From the human T2T-CHM13v2.0 reference genome, Homo sapiens: 64,000 bases of DNA. Positions 34,670 to 49,026 of the stretch are shown in pieces. A program made the position numbers and the translations under genes. Under the pieces are notes generated by a model, which saw nothing but the letters and a program-made list of their open reading frames with translations, was not told where the DNA came from and did not search any database. The DNA lies in NCBI RefSeq assembly GCF_009914755.1, contig NC_060933.1; one strand, given 5' to 3'. The first letter of the stretch is position 1; every line of letters begins with the position of its first letter.

Positions 34670-34850
34670 GTAATGATAACAACAATGAAGAGGCCTTGCA
34701 TCTAGTGCCTTATACCTTACTTAAAGTGCTTTAATGACTTTAATGGATTGAAGCATCCCTATGAGATCAAAGGCAGATAGATACTATCATTTCCAGTGTA
34801 CATAATAGAAAATCAAGGAAGAAAGGTTAAGTGACTTGACCAAGACTCAC
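34670..34850 (-). mobile_element. MIR
   Basis: CATCCCTATGAGAT...AGGTTAAGTGACTTGACCAAG. Confidence 0.6.
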
Positions 34851-35130
34851 TTATCAATACAGTGATGTTCTGATCACAGTTAAGGGGCTGCTAGTCCCTG
34901 TGCTGCTTAGATGGTCACTCAGCTCAACCTGCAGTTGAACCCAAAACGGCTCTCTAGCTGAGAGGTTATGGTGATAAGGGCTTTAGAAAAAAGATCCATT
35001 TAAACCTTGTTAGCAAAGGGCTCCAGAGAATGTCAGAAGATAAATTTATTTTTATAGAGAGTAATTCCGTTCCCCTCCATTTTTGTGGTCCATACCCCCA
35101 CAAAATAGTACAATGCAAAATCACCTTCAG

Positions 35131-35457
<327 letters not shown>

Positions 35458-36725
35458 TTATATGAAGTTAGGAAACAAATAAAACATACAGCATGAAGGG
35501 GTCAAGAGGGAGAACCCATCATTCAGGTCTTCTCCAGGCTAGTGGTGAGTGGCAGAAAACTACATAGCATGTTACTTTCCAATGATAAAATCTAACCTTC
35601 CTACATCCCATTCATTCTGCTAAAAATGAACACAACACACCCCGCAAAAGAATGCTCAAGTACCATGTCACAAAGGGTGGCAACATCATCTTTAACCAAC
35701 ACCTAGTGTTTGAAAACTACAGAGCTATATATGCACTGGTGTCCACCAGGCCCTCCTGCTGAACACTAATCACTCCCTACCGGAAGACTATAGCAAGTGG
35801 GGGGAAAACTAATCCTAACACAAAGTCCCTTAATGTCCCTTTACTACCTATTTATTTGAGTTACCAAGTATGTGACGAGAATTAAAATAAGAGCTGGGAT
35901 TGGTTCCTAATAAAAGTTAACATTGCTCTCTCTTTCCCACCCACACAAAAGTAATTCTGTTTAGGAACTTTAATTTTTTTGGCCCCAACCCACCCTTGGG
36001 GTGTGTAGCTCACTCACTGCCAGTAATTGCTTCCATACAATTCTGTGTTTTAAAACATGTTTGCATACTTATGATGATACATGACATTTATATTACATTT
36101 GAAACTCCAAACAGGCATAAAGATTGTATTTTCTGCATTAAGAAACAGAGTCTATGCACGGCATACCAAAGTAGCCACTAGAAAAAAAGTGACCTCAATT
36201 TCATTTTTATTTTCAAATCTGTCAAATTGTTGGCCTCCTGAACTTTAAAAAAATTAAGTGGAAACACAAACTCATTCATCTGGTAAGTAACCCAACCTAA
36301 AAATCTGTGACAAGAGACCATGAGTATATATCCTGTCATGTACCCAAATTAATATTACCCAAGTCAATATGCCATAAATTGTATTGGTTAATAATCATTT
36401 TACTTAAGGCAATTTCATTGGCCCTTTTACAAGACTCACCTTAAATGTAACAAAAATAGAAAACATATAATAATTATAGCTCACATTTCCTTTCTTGAAA
36501 CTACTAATATAACATTTTAACCCATGTACTAGCTCATTAATGTGGAATTATACAAATTGACATAACTTTACTTATTTGTCTGTTTTTTTTTTAATAAGAA
36601 GCAATTATCTTTCTACTTTAAAAATCAAATTTTAAGATTTGGTAGCTAAATTTGATAAACTGAATTTGTTCTTCACAATAAGCTTATGGTCAATGAAAGA
36701 ACTCAAAATTATCCCAAAAATAAAT

Positions 36726-36805
36726 GAGAGGGAGGGAAAGAAGGAGGGAAGGAGGGAGGAGGGATGGGGAAGAAGGGAAGGAAGAAAAAAGAAGGAGAGA
36801 GAGAA
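36726..36805. repeat. Polypurine (GA-rich) tract
   Basis: 80 nt of purines with a single T. Confidence 0.9.
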
Positions 36806-37575
36806 CATCTTCTGTAAGGATACGAAACCCGCTGTGGCATATACTCTGATTTTTTGGAAGGTTATATCTTCCATCTTGGCTCTTGGTTTAGGAAGAAGTA
36901 ACAACTCTTTAGAGTCAGACAAGGGATGAAGCAGCTAAGGACGGACGTTTGTACTATCCACACTCTATCGTACACAAATATTTAGTATTCTAGACCCATT
37001 TGAGGGATTTTTGTCTCTAATATGGTAAACATACACAAAGAGACAGTCTTATTAGGTAAAAACTAAAGCAATTAGAGGATGTTTTCTGGGGTCACAATGT
37101 AATTTTATGAATTGAAAATGTAATCAGATTTTATTCTGGCTAAGACTCCTAAAATGCAATAATAATTTGCTTAAAATATACACATAAGATTTAAGATCTA
37201 TTTTGGAGAAGCAAAAATCCACCCCTGAAATGAAGGGATAAAAGCTAAATTTTGGTTTCTAAACAGATGGAAACAATATTACTCAATATTATTAAATCTG
37301 TTATTATTAACATTTTAGTCAAAACTAGTGCCTTTTAAATAGAAATATTTGACTTTAGAAAAGCAGAAATAATTTGACTTTAGAAAAGCTGAAATATGTT
37401 AGGTAATGAAATGCACAGAGTCACAGAATCACCACCTGGTCCCCTCCAAAGCTAAATTTTAAAACCAACCCCAAACTCTTTTGGTAAAAGTAACAGGTTT
37501 TTTTCCATGGGCTATAATCAGTCATGAATGATGCCTTAATTAAAGCTGGGCAATGAAACTGTGTATTAAGCTTAG

Positions 37576-37928
<353 letters not shown>

Positions 37929-39049
37929 ACTCATAATTTCTTAAGTGTACCCTGTTAGGTCTCCATATTAGCAGAGATGTAAACGATATCACTTTTCAAC
38001 CTTAACTGTGAATTTCTTCACTTTTAGTGCTTTCTGTCTCAACTTTAATGTGCTTTTAATGTAGTTTTTCCTGTGTGATATATCATACTTATCTCTGCAA
38101 CCATCCATCACTGTTTCCTTTAATTGAGGTTAATTTCTTTCAACTTGGGGGAAGGTGGGAGGGATGAGGGGAATCCTCATTCTGCAGCTCTGAACACGAA
38201 GAGCATTCGCAGCTGCTGATTTTTTAATCATGAGGACTGATTTTCAGGATGCTTAAATTCCTCAAATCTGCCCCACTGCCCTCCAATCTGGACCTAAATC
38301 AACAATCTACTGGGATGGGAACCCAGTTCCCACCCAGAACCACTTAATGAAAAATTTCTATCTAACTAAAATCCCTCCAGCTGCAATCTAAGTCCTTTTG
38401 TTTATTTTCACTCAAATGGCTAACAGCTGGTACTACCTTCCATGCAAAATAATTTCATGTGTTTGAAAACAGTGATTAACTCATACCTTGGTCTTTACTT
38501 CTCCAGACCACAAAAATTAGTTCATTTCTCAAATCTTTTAAACATCTTCTACTTTTACCTCTGGGCTACAGGTCCTGTTGGAGTTTGGAATCATCAAATG
38601 GCCAGAAATAAGTGAAATGAATTAAATGGTTTGGGAAGGTTACTTTGCTTTTCCTGAAGAGTCTAGTGTAGGGGCTTTAGAGTGGGCTCTCACAAAAAGC
38701 TGGCTGGAGGTTGCCCTCCCCACACAAAAAAACAACTCCCCTACCCAGTTTTATGGAGTAAAGATGAACCAAAGAGAGGAAAGAGGGACTTAACAAGTGT
38801 AAATACAGAGCCTAACAATTTTTAAAGTCACCATTAAGAAGAGACTGGACAAAGGGTTTTGACATGCCAATCACTATCTGGCTACCTTACATGGCATAGT
38901 CTACCTAAGCATCTCTGAACATTATATACTTCATTCCCAAAGGAGAATCTAGGAAGATCGTAAGAGTGAGGGAGAGGGATGAAATGTACAGCCAACGTCA
39001 GCCCAGAAAGCCAGATGGTAGACTCTCTCCATATTATAGACCAGAAGCA

Positions 39050-40420
<1,371 letters not shown>

Positions 40421-41079
40421 TGAAAGAGAAAGAGCTGATCCAGAGAAGAGAATGAGGGGGGTGGAATCCAACCTAACTCAGTAAGTATTTGAAAACAGAC
40501 AAGCAGCTGGGATAGGTACCAGAGAGACAGAGAAGTGGTCCCTACCCTCAAAGAACTTTTAGTCTAATTGGAGAAACAGAAAAACTGCCTACATAAACAA
40601 ATGCAAAATTAGGATAAGTGCTTAAAAAGACAATTTATCAAAAGCGATATATGACTTGAAATAATGGAGACTAGACTAAGATCTTATTAAATCAAGCGTT
40701 GAATTTAAACAGGGTTCAGAAACGAGAGAAAGACAGAAAGCAGAGCAGGAAACCTTAAGAAACAGACAAATGGCGCAGACAGTGGCAGGAGAATAGAAGA
40801 GGGGAAGAAGAAGCTGAGAAGTAGGTAGGGGGCGGAACTTCCAGGTTTCTGACTTCCAGAGACCTGAAATGGGGAACAATGGAAGAGGATTAGGCAACAT
40901 AAAAGAAAGCAACGGGTCTTCTGTAAGAATTACAAATAGGACCCTGGAAAAGCATAGTGCCTGCTGAGGCTGCAGCTTAAACTTGAAGTCAAAGTTCCTG
41001 GGCCTTAACAACTATATATGATTCAGACATATAGCACAAAACTAAGTGCGCTTTTTGTTTAAGTGTCTTGCCATGCCTA

Positions 41080-41630
41080 CAGGTCTGCAGGCTTCATGAG
41101 CAGGGACCACGTCTGTTCGTGTCACTGCTGTACTGGAAGTTCTAGCACAGTGCCTAGCATAAAATAGGTGTCTAATAAATAACAGAGACATTATCTCATT
41201 TACTCCTCACAACAACAGGTTAAAGAAGAAGGATCATTCTCTCCCATTTTACTGACAGGGAAAATGCCACTCAGTCAGTGAAAAGACTAACAGTGTCACC
41301 TGGTTAATAAGTGATGGGGGTCACGTGACAGGACCCCAAATCAGGGACGGAATCATTGCACAGGCATGAGAGCCAACGGAAAGGAGAGCTCAGGGAGGCC
41401 ATGCAGCTTAAAGGATGTGATGTCAAAGGCCACGGACCTGGGAATGAGACCAGGCTTGGATCTAAAAATCCCAGTGCTGCCTGCCCCTTACTAGTCACAC
41501 CGCTTCCTCATCTACAAAATGAGGTAAGTAGTCTCCAAGTCGCCAGCTTAATGTAAAGAGCAAATGATGATGGATGTAAAGCATCTAGCAGAATGCCTGG
41601 CACACAATAAGCACTGGATAACAGCAAGCT
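41080..41630. mobile_element. L2 3' end (41080-41180) and MIR fragments (41185-41300, 41450-41625)
   Basis: GCAGGGACCACGTCTG...GCACAGTGCCTAGCAT and CCTCATCTACAAAATGAGG...GCCTGGCACACAATAAGCACT. Confidence 0.65.
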
Positions 41631-42509
41631 CTGCCACCACTTACAAGATTCATGTGGGTGGAGCTTGTCATTGAAGCTTGCAAACGTGAGAAAACCCTGA
41701 TGCTGTGAAGTATAGACCAACCTGTGGCATTTTCAGGCTCTAAGTGGGTGCTCCAGGATAAGTGGAGCCCTCCGGAATTACAGAGAAATTTCCCAGGCCT
41801 TGGGAAATTTACACAAACCCTATGGGGAGGAGAAGCTGTATACCTAACCTACAGCCTACGGTTTTGCTCAATGAATTACTTGACCCAAAATGAATGTAAG
41901 GCCCAGCAGTCACCGCCAGAAACAAGGAGGTCTTTTCTTCCTAAAGCAGTTCAACAGCAGAGGAAACTAACATAGTCCCATGGCTCAATGCTAACCTGGA
42001 AGGTATGGGCCAAATCTCAGAATGCGAGGCACTGAACACCCAGAGATACAGGAGAGTTGACAGTGGATGCTCATCCACTGCCACCCTAAGATCAGGGCCA
42101 ACCCTGTGTAGTCACAGATATGGGCTGATTGTGCTCTTTCTATTCAGGTAAAACAGAGATGGTGGTTATGAAAAACCTCTCCCCAAAGCTCATTCACCTT
42201 AGAAAAATAGTAAGATACTTCTTAAATAATTCACTGACAATCAGAAGGTAAATTACTGACATCGACATCTCTAAATTAACTTGGTCTTTGGCTTAAGAAC
42301 TCAATTGACAGGCTTCTGAAGCCAGAAAGGAACCAAAATGACCCATATGAATACTGGAGCAACTACTTCCAAATCAGGAGTTTACCCACAATGACCATGG
42401 TAACCAATCACCCAGGGGCTGTTTCACCTGAGAAGTTCTACATCTAACAGCACACCTCTATTTTTCAAAAACCCTACCCTCAAGTCATTCAAGAATTTTT
42501 TTTTTTTTT

Positions 42510-42730
42510 CCAGCATGGGCAACATGGTAAAACCCCACCTCTACAAAAAATACAAAAATTAGCCAGGCATGGTAGTGCACGCCTGTAGAGCCAGCTACTC
42601 AGGGGCTGAGGTGGGAGAATCGCTTGAACCCCAGGAGGTGAAGGCTGCAGTGAGCCAAGATAGCGAGATCATGCCACTGCACTCCAGCCTCAGCGACAAA
42701 GCAAGACCCTGTCACAAAAAGAAAAGAAAA
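42510..42730 (+). mobile_element. 5'-truncated Alu preceded by oligo-T
   Basis: Starts at CCAGCATGGGCAACATGG directly after a T-run. Confidence 0.9.
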
Positions 42731-42731
42731 G

Positions 42732-43020
42732 GGCTGGGCTCGGTGGCTCACGCCTATAATCCCAGCAGTTTGGGAGTCCGAGGCAGGTGGATTACTTGAG
42801 GCCAGGCGTTCATGACCAGCCTGGCCAACATGGCGAAACCCCTCTCTACTAAAAATACAAAATTAGCTGAGCATGGTGCCGCATGCCTGTAATCCCAGCT
42901 ACTCAGGAGGCTAAGGCACAAGAATCGCTTGAACCCAGGAGACAGAGGTTGCAGCGAGCCAAGATCACACTACTGCTCTCCAGCCTGGGTGACAGAGCGA
43001 GACTCTGTCCCCCAAAAAAA
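42732..43020 (+). mobile_element. Alu (Sx/Sz-like) in the tail of the previous Alu
   Basis: Full dimer. Confidence 0.94.
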
Positions 43021-45807
43021 GAATTCTTAGCAAGGATACCTAATATGGAGTGGAATGTGCTATATCTGTCCTCAGGACAAGAGGTGGCACTGAGTCTAAC
43101 AGACGTGAAAAAAGGTATCAATTTGCTGAGACTGATAGGCTTACAACCCTCTATACTTAAAACAAGGTTTTTAACACAAGCTACTTCAGAAATAATAAAT
43201 CTTTCAACAGATTGTGTAGGACAATGTGTTCCCAGGTATGTGAGATCAAAACTTGGCTCTTACTGTCTGCAATCCCAGAAGTTCATTAAATACTGCTATA
43301 TGGCACCCAAGGTTTGGTTTTAAGATATGTGTTCATTTTCATCCAAGAGGCAGCTACAAGTATAGGCAGAGTATGTGTCACAGTTGGCTTGCCTAGCATA
43401 TCCTGCATGAATAGTCAGCAAAAAAGATAAGACGTTTATAGATTTTAAAAGCCCACCAACAGCAATACATGAACTATAATGACAAGACAAAGCCTCACTC
43501 CAAAGGACATTCAACTTGATAAAGGTGTCACTATTCACAGTTACACTCTTACCATTTATATTTTTTCTCATAAAAGAATGTATTTAACACTTTCTTCAAT
43601 TTTCCCTAGAAAGGCATCTTTTGCTAAATGACAGATAAACTCCGCCAAGAAATTCAAGACTGATTTTATTACCCTCACAACCCTAATCCTCTATAAAGAG
43701 GCAACATTTCCAACATTGAAATATTTTAGCAAGCACAGTTTTAAGTTAAAGTAGTATCTTTACAGTTCATGGTGGGGGGAGGATGGCAGGGACTATAAAT
43801 GGAAAAAGAATTTTTAAATCCCTGTTGCATTATCTACCAGATGTAAGTGAATAATAACTAATATGTCTGCAGCCTCAGCCTTAATCTTAAAACAAATGAT
43901 AGTATTCAAATACAATATTTTACACATGCAGACTGATAACAGGTTTTTCCTTTATTTCTTGAAGAGTCTGTGAAAGACACAATACAAAGTACAATGTATT
44001 TAATGAAAGGTTTCCAGGCTGATTTCCCTACAGGTTATTTTCTTTCTTTTCTCTGGAACCCACACACGGGGTATACTGCAGGGACCAGGGGTGTATATAA
44101 AAATAAACTGTGAGCCAGTATCAGAGTTGATACCCTTCTCCTACAGGGGCAAGTGAATTATTAGATCTGTGTCATGAGTGTTTTTTTTTAATATGCCATT
44201 GTTCCCACTTGAGCACATTAAATTTTCCATATCCACTTTTAAACCAATATAACATTTTTTTCCTTGTTCATAATGTTCACGCTGTACATTAACAGGCAGA
44301 AAATCCAATAGCTTAAGTCATCATATAGTAGTTATATGTAAAGCTTAGTAGATGAAAACCTTTTGCATTTTCCCCCTCTTTGAACTGATACTATATGAAG
44401 TTGGCTAAAACCTAGGGAAAAAAAACCTCACACCTCATGGGAAACTGTACTAATTTTTTTTTGTCTTTTATGATTGATCACAAATCCATTTTGAACATTA
44501 CACATTTTTTTAAAGTTTATTATAACTGGTTCAACGTCTTCAAGCCCAACAAATTGAAGGTGCTGGAATCTTTTGGTCTGGAGGATGTGTTTGCCAATTA
44601 TTTTTGCACTAGTGCACATAAACAGGGAAGACTGGATCTTAGGTAGGAGTTATACATTCCCGTACAAAATAATTGTATATTCTATGAAGACTGATTCTTT
44701 TTCTGGAGAAACATACAACAACACAAGGGAAATCTTGTACTAGCAGCCTAACTGAAGTGGCAAGATACAATATTAGAAAAACAGAGCTACTTTCATTACT
44801 GTGATGCTGTGTGTCAGAATGTCTCTCCTTAATGAACCTGTTTGCAATAAGACTCCGGGTGCAAAGAGGCTATTTAGAGAGACTACTGTGTCTATAGTGA
44901 GTCCTTCAAATATCTTCCCACTATTAGACATGCCGCATTGACCAATTCTGTCCTGATTGCTGTTCTTTTTACTATCAAGGGACACTCTTGCCCAGACAGA
45001 CGGATGGATCAGACACTGCAGTTCATAAAATGTTTGCACTGTACACACACATGCACTATGGTACAAGCTACTGAACTCCAGATCATACAGTGAGTTGAAT
45101 GTGGCAGTGTCATATGAAGGCTTATGACTTTGCAATATCAATGAAAGGATTTAGGTTAAACTTTGCTCATCCTGCCTGCCTGTCACTCTCAACAAAAAGC
45201 CTTTTTTCCCCTCTCTCTTTCAGTGTATGTCCATTCCCACTGCTTACATGGAACACTTCAGGCAAATCTTTTCAGCGTCACAAGGTTTTCTCGTTCTGTT
45301 GAGATTTTTCTCCTAATTGCTGACAAGAAAAGAGGACTACACGTCATGCAATCAGAAAAAAAAAAAAAAAAGGTGAGGGACAGTGCAATAATAATAATTT
45401 TAAAATGGTCCAAAAGACTTCCTAAAAAGATGTGAAATTCCAACTCACATTGACAGCCGCTGAGATAAAGGGGCTTGTCGCTACAGTAAATGAAGCATCA
45501 GCAACCTTTTTACCAAGTCTTAACATGAGAGCCCAAGGTGCTTGGAGGAAACTTTCCGTTCATCTTACACTGTGTATGGTCTTATCAGCTGCTGGGTGTT
45601 GCTGTAGCCTCACCTTTCATACACCTACATGCCAAATGACCTCTACAAAAGCCTTTTTCCCTTTGCGCATTTTCTAACAGTACGTCCTTTCTATTTGAAT
45701 ACAAATAATGTGCTTGCCAACAAGTTGCAGATGGTATTATCCCACGCCCCCAATCTCAGCTGTCATATAGAAAAAACTTCAAGCCCAAAGGTCCAAATTG
45801 ACAGTAT

Positions 45808-45810
45808 GTT

Positions 45811-45841
<31 letters not shown>

Positions 45842-46125
45842 AAAGACACAGTCTCACTCTATTGCCCAGGCTGGAGTACAGCGTCACAATCTCAGATCAC
45901 TGCAACCTTTGTCTCCCAGGCTCAAGGGAGTCTCATGCCTTATCCTCCCAAGTAGGTGAGATTACAGGTACCCGCCACCACACCCAGCTAATTTTTTTAT
46001 TTTTAGTAGAGACAGGGTTTCACCATATTGGCCAGGCTGGTCTCGAACGCCTGACCTCGAGTGATCGGCCCCACCTCAGCCTCCCAAAGTGCTGGGATTA
46101 CAGTCGTGAGCCACCGTGTCCGGCC
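45808..46125 (-). mobile_element. Alu (old S/J-like) with (TTTTG)n tail
   Basis: Dimer in reverse. Flanking repeat AAATTG(A/C)CAGTAT. Confidence 0.93.
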
Positions 46126-46889
46126 TAAATTGCCAGTATACTAATAAGTACAACTACTATTCGTTACATCTGATAAGGAACCAGAACTGCACATCGAACT
46201 GAATCTGGATCTGATGAACCAAATGCATCCAATGACAGTTTCGATTCCATTTAAAAATTTCTGTAACCACCTCCTTTTTTCTGGGCTCAACCTTACATTC
46301 TATCAGGCCTGACATACAGACCATAGCTTGTGCTGTAGCTCAGGCTTCGAAAGACATTTGGAATATCTATGATTTCAATGTTTATTTCCTCATCCAACTT
46401 TTAAATCTCCATTGTGATAAAACTTACAAATAAGGCTTTTATTAAATTACTCTGAACATTTACTAAAAACATACAAGCATTTCTTAATCAAGATATTTGC
46501 AGTATTGTAAGCCTGTTTAAACATACTGAATATCTGACTACAGATTTAGGAGTTAAAGGGTCCAGAGAGATCTGGTAGCAGTCGCCATTTTTCTACAAAA
46601 AAACTAAGGCTACAAAATATTTAAGGAAACCTGTTTTGGGCTGAACAACCCAGGACCCTGAGTGCTTTAAGCCTCTGGATGCCTTATCTGCTGGCCTATC
46701 CCACAAAAGACTGTATATCTGTTATCCAGTGACCCTCTTGTATTTTGCCAATGAAGCGTTTTTTATTTGTTTTTGCTTTTACTAAAATATGCTCAGTTAT
46801 ATCTGTCATGTACAACAGTAAAGAGAAAAAATACATGTAATTACAAGGAATACAGATAATGCAAACATTATTTCTAGGTTCCTTTAGAA

Positions 46890-47958
46890 CAGTTGTTTTC
46901 AAAGTAGTGTCTCACAAGTAGCAGCAACAGCATCATCCAGGAACTTGCCAGGAATGCAAATTATCAGACCCTGACCACTACAGAATCAAAAGACCTGGGG
47001 GTAGGGGCCCAGCAATCTGTGATTACACAAGACAAGCAAGTGATACTGATGCATGCTCAAGTTTAATCGCTTTTTGAGATTCATGGCATCTTTTGAGATT
47101 TATATTTTATTTATAAGTAAATGAAGAATGTCCCCTATAAACTCTAATTTGGGATAAGAAGAGCAATATACAGAAGTAGCTGCTGGCTCCACAGTGAAGG
47201 AGTCCATACCACTGTTTCCTTAAACACTGATTTCGTTATTAAAAAAAAAAAAACTCCCATGATTTCTTCATGTTGTATGTGTGCTAGAATTAAAACTAAA
47301 AATGATTTTTCAGAAACACTACAGTCCCTGGTCAAATGTGTGAGGTAACCAGGGTATCAGTTTCATTCAGTGACAGCCCTTACTCTTCAAGAGCAATAGC
47401 TTCTGAGCAGAGGACTTAATACTCATCAAGAGTATCTGCTCAAGGAATGGAAAGACCTTGATCCCAGTGGGCCTGAACTTTCAGTTCCTCTACTTCCAGC
47501 CTGGTCTGCTGGTCCACGCTTTGGTCTTCTAGGATTTCTTCAATGGATACTTGCTGGAGGGGTGTGTCATTCTCATTTTCCAAGTCCAAATTGATCAATA
47601 CTTCTTAAGTCTATTAAGTGTCCTTCCATCTTGAAGCAGGACCAAGTATTTTTTGTCAATGTCCTCAATGAGGCTGGTGGTGCCGGGCCTCCACAAACTG
47701 TAGTCCTTGCAACACGAAGGCTGCAGAGGAGCTCAGCAATCAGTTCATTTTGAACTGAAATAATCCTGCAATGTACAGCGGCGGTGGGCCACTGTGTCCA
47801 AAACCAAAACCTACCTGACCAACGCAGCTGCTGCCTCAGCAGGACTGAGACCAGAAGTGGAACCCCGACCAGGTCAGGCACTTCTACGCTGACTTTCAGC
47901 CACGGGGACCTGCAGGAAACTCCTCCGTATTACCTACCCCTCAAGTTTATAACTATGG
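46890..47958. mobile_element. MER5A (hAT-Charlie), split by the LSM1 retrocopy (46890-47065 plus 47940-47958)
   Basis: CAGTTGTTTTCAAAGT...CAGCATCATCCAGGAACTTG...AATGCAAATT...GGGGCCCAGCAATCTGTG. The 8-bp TSD CTTTAGAA is at 46882-46889 and 47959-47966. Confidence 0.88.
47066..47939 (-). pseudogene. LSM1: Processed (retrotransposed) pseudogene of LSM1 (Sm-like protein LSm1), with 5'UTR, disrupted CDS (ATG at 47748, TAA at 47418-47416) and 3'UTR
   Basis: The minus strand translates in pieces to MN..PGTTSLIEDIDKKYLVLLQDGRTL / LRSIDQF / DLENENDTPLQQVSIEEILEDQSVDQQTRLEVEELKVQAHWDQGLSIP*ADTLDEY*. This matches LSM1 as I recall it (MNYMPGTASLIEDIDKKHLVLLRDGRTLIGFLRSIDQF...DLEKESDTPLQQVSIEEILEEQRVEQQTKLEAEKLKVQALKDRGLSIPRADTLDEY). 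It is intronless, with a frameshift near 47610 and a premature TGA at 47442-47440. AATAAA lies at 47111-47106. The flanking direct repeat CTCAAGTTTA is at 47056-47065 and 47940-47949. The symbol is the parent gene; the pseudogene number was not determined. Confidence 0.93.
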
Positions 47959-47992
47959 CTTTAGAATACACACCATGATTTACTTATTCATA

Positions 47993-48282
47993 TTTTTTTA
48001 AGAGGGAGTTTCGCTCTTGTCGCCCAGGCTGGAGTGCAATGGAACCATCTCGGGCTCACTGCAACCTTCGCCTCCTGGGTTCAAGCGATTCTCCTCTCTC
48101 AGTCTCCCAAGTAGCTGGGATTACAGGAGCCCACCACCACGCCCTGCTATTTTTGTATTTTTAGTAGAGACGGGGTTTCACCAAGTTGCCCAGGCTGGTC
48201 TCGAACCTCTGAGCTCAGGCAAGCTGCCCACCTCAGCCTCCAAAAGTGCTAGGATTACAGGGGTGACCCACAGCGCCCAGCC
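47993..48282 (-). mobile_element. Alu (Sq-like)
   Basis: GAGTTTCGCTCTTGTCGCCCAGG. Confidence 0.94.
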
Positions 48283-48686
48283 ACCTTGATTTATTTAAAT
48301 TCAGATTAAAATTATTTAAAATGGCTAGTACTCCTTAAGGATATAATCAACTAGCTGTAGGCAAGAAACAGACACAAAGGAAAGAAAAACAGTCCTGGAT
48401 TTAAAATAACTTCAGAAATATCCCAATTTAGAGCAACAGCCAATTAATTGTAAAGACGTAATTTTAATTGTAATGCATAATACAAACCACTCCACTAATT
48501 CTGTTATGTGAAAGAAAGCAAGCACTCTCTTTCAGAATAATTTAAAAAATTAAACACTTAAGTAATTCCAAATTTGAGGTGATATGATGGGCAACACGAA
48601 GGAAACAAATTAATGAAGTTAATAATAAGGGTCAATTGAAAGAAACGAATATGAAGGAATCATTCTTTAAAAGATAGGACAGTGGC

Positions 48687-49026
48687 AGCCAGGCGTGGTG
48701 GCTCACATCTGTAATCCCAGCACTTTGGGAGTCCAAGGTGGGCGGATCACCTGAGGTCAGGAGTTCGAGACCAGCCTGGTCAACATGGCAAAACCCCATC
48801 TCTACTAAAAAAACAAAAATTAGCTGGGCATGGTGGCACACGCCTGTAATCCCAGCTACTCAGTAGGTTGAGGCAAGAGAATCACTTGAACCTAGGAGGC
48901 GGAGGTTGCAGTGAGCCGAGATGGCGCCACTACACTCCAGCCTGGGCGACAGAGTGAGACTCCTGTCTCAAAAAAAATAATTAATTAATAAATTAAAAAA
49001 TAAAAGTAAATAAATAAATAAATAAA
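48687..49026 (+). mobile_element. Alu (Sx-like) with (TAAA)n tail
   Basis: TSD ATAGGACAGTGG. Confidence 0.95.

Noticed and set aside
42061-42080. Palindrome CAGTGGATG-CT-CATCCACTG
   Set aside because: A 9-bp stem is expected by chance in 64 kb.
46165-46250. CTGATGA/CTGATAA motifs suggesting a hammerhead ribozyme or C/D snoRNA
   Set aside because: No supporting stems or correctly placed GAAA or box partners could be built.
47573-47881. 102-aa minus-strand ORF over the pseudogene
   Set aside because: It is mostly 5'UTR, insert and out-of-frame LSM1. Only LRSIDQF is in the parental frame, and nothing supports translation.
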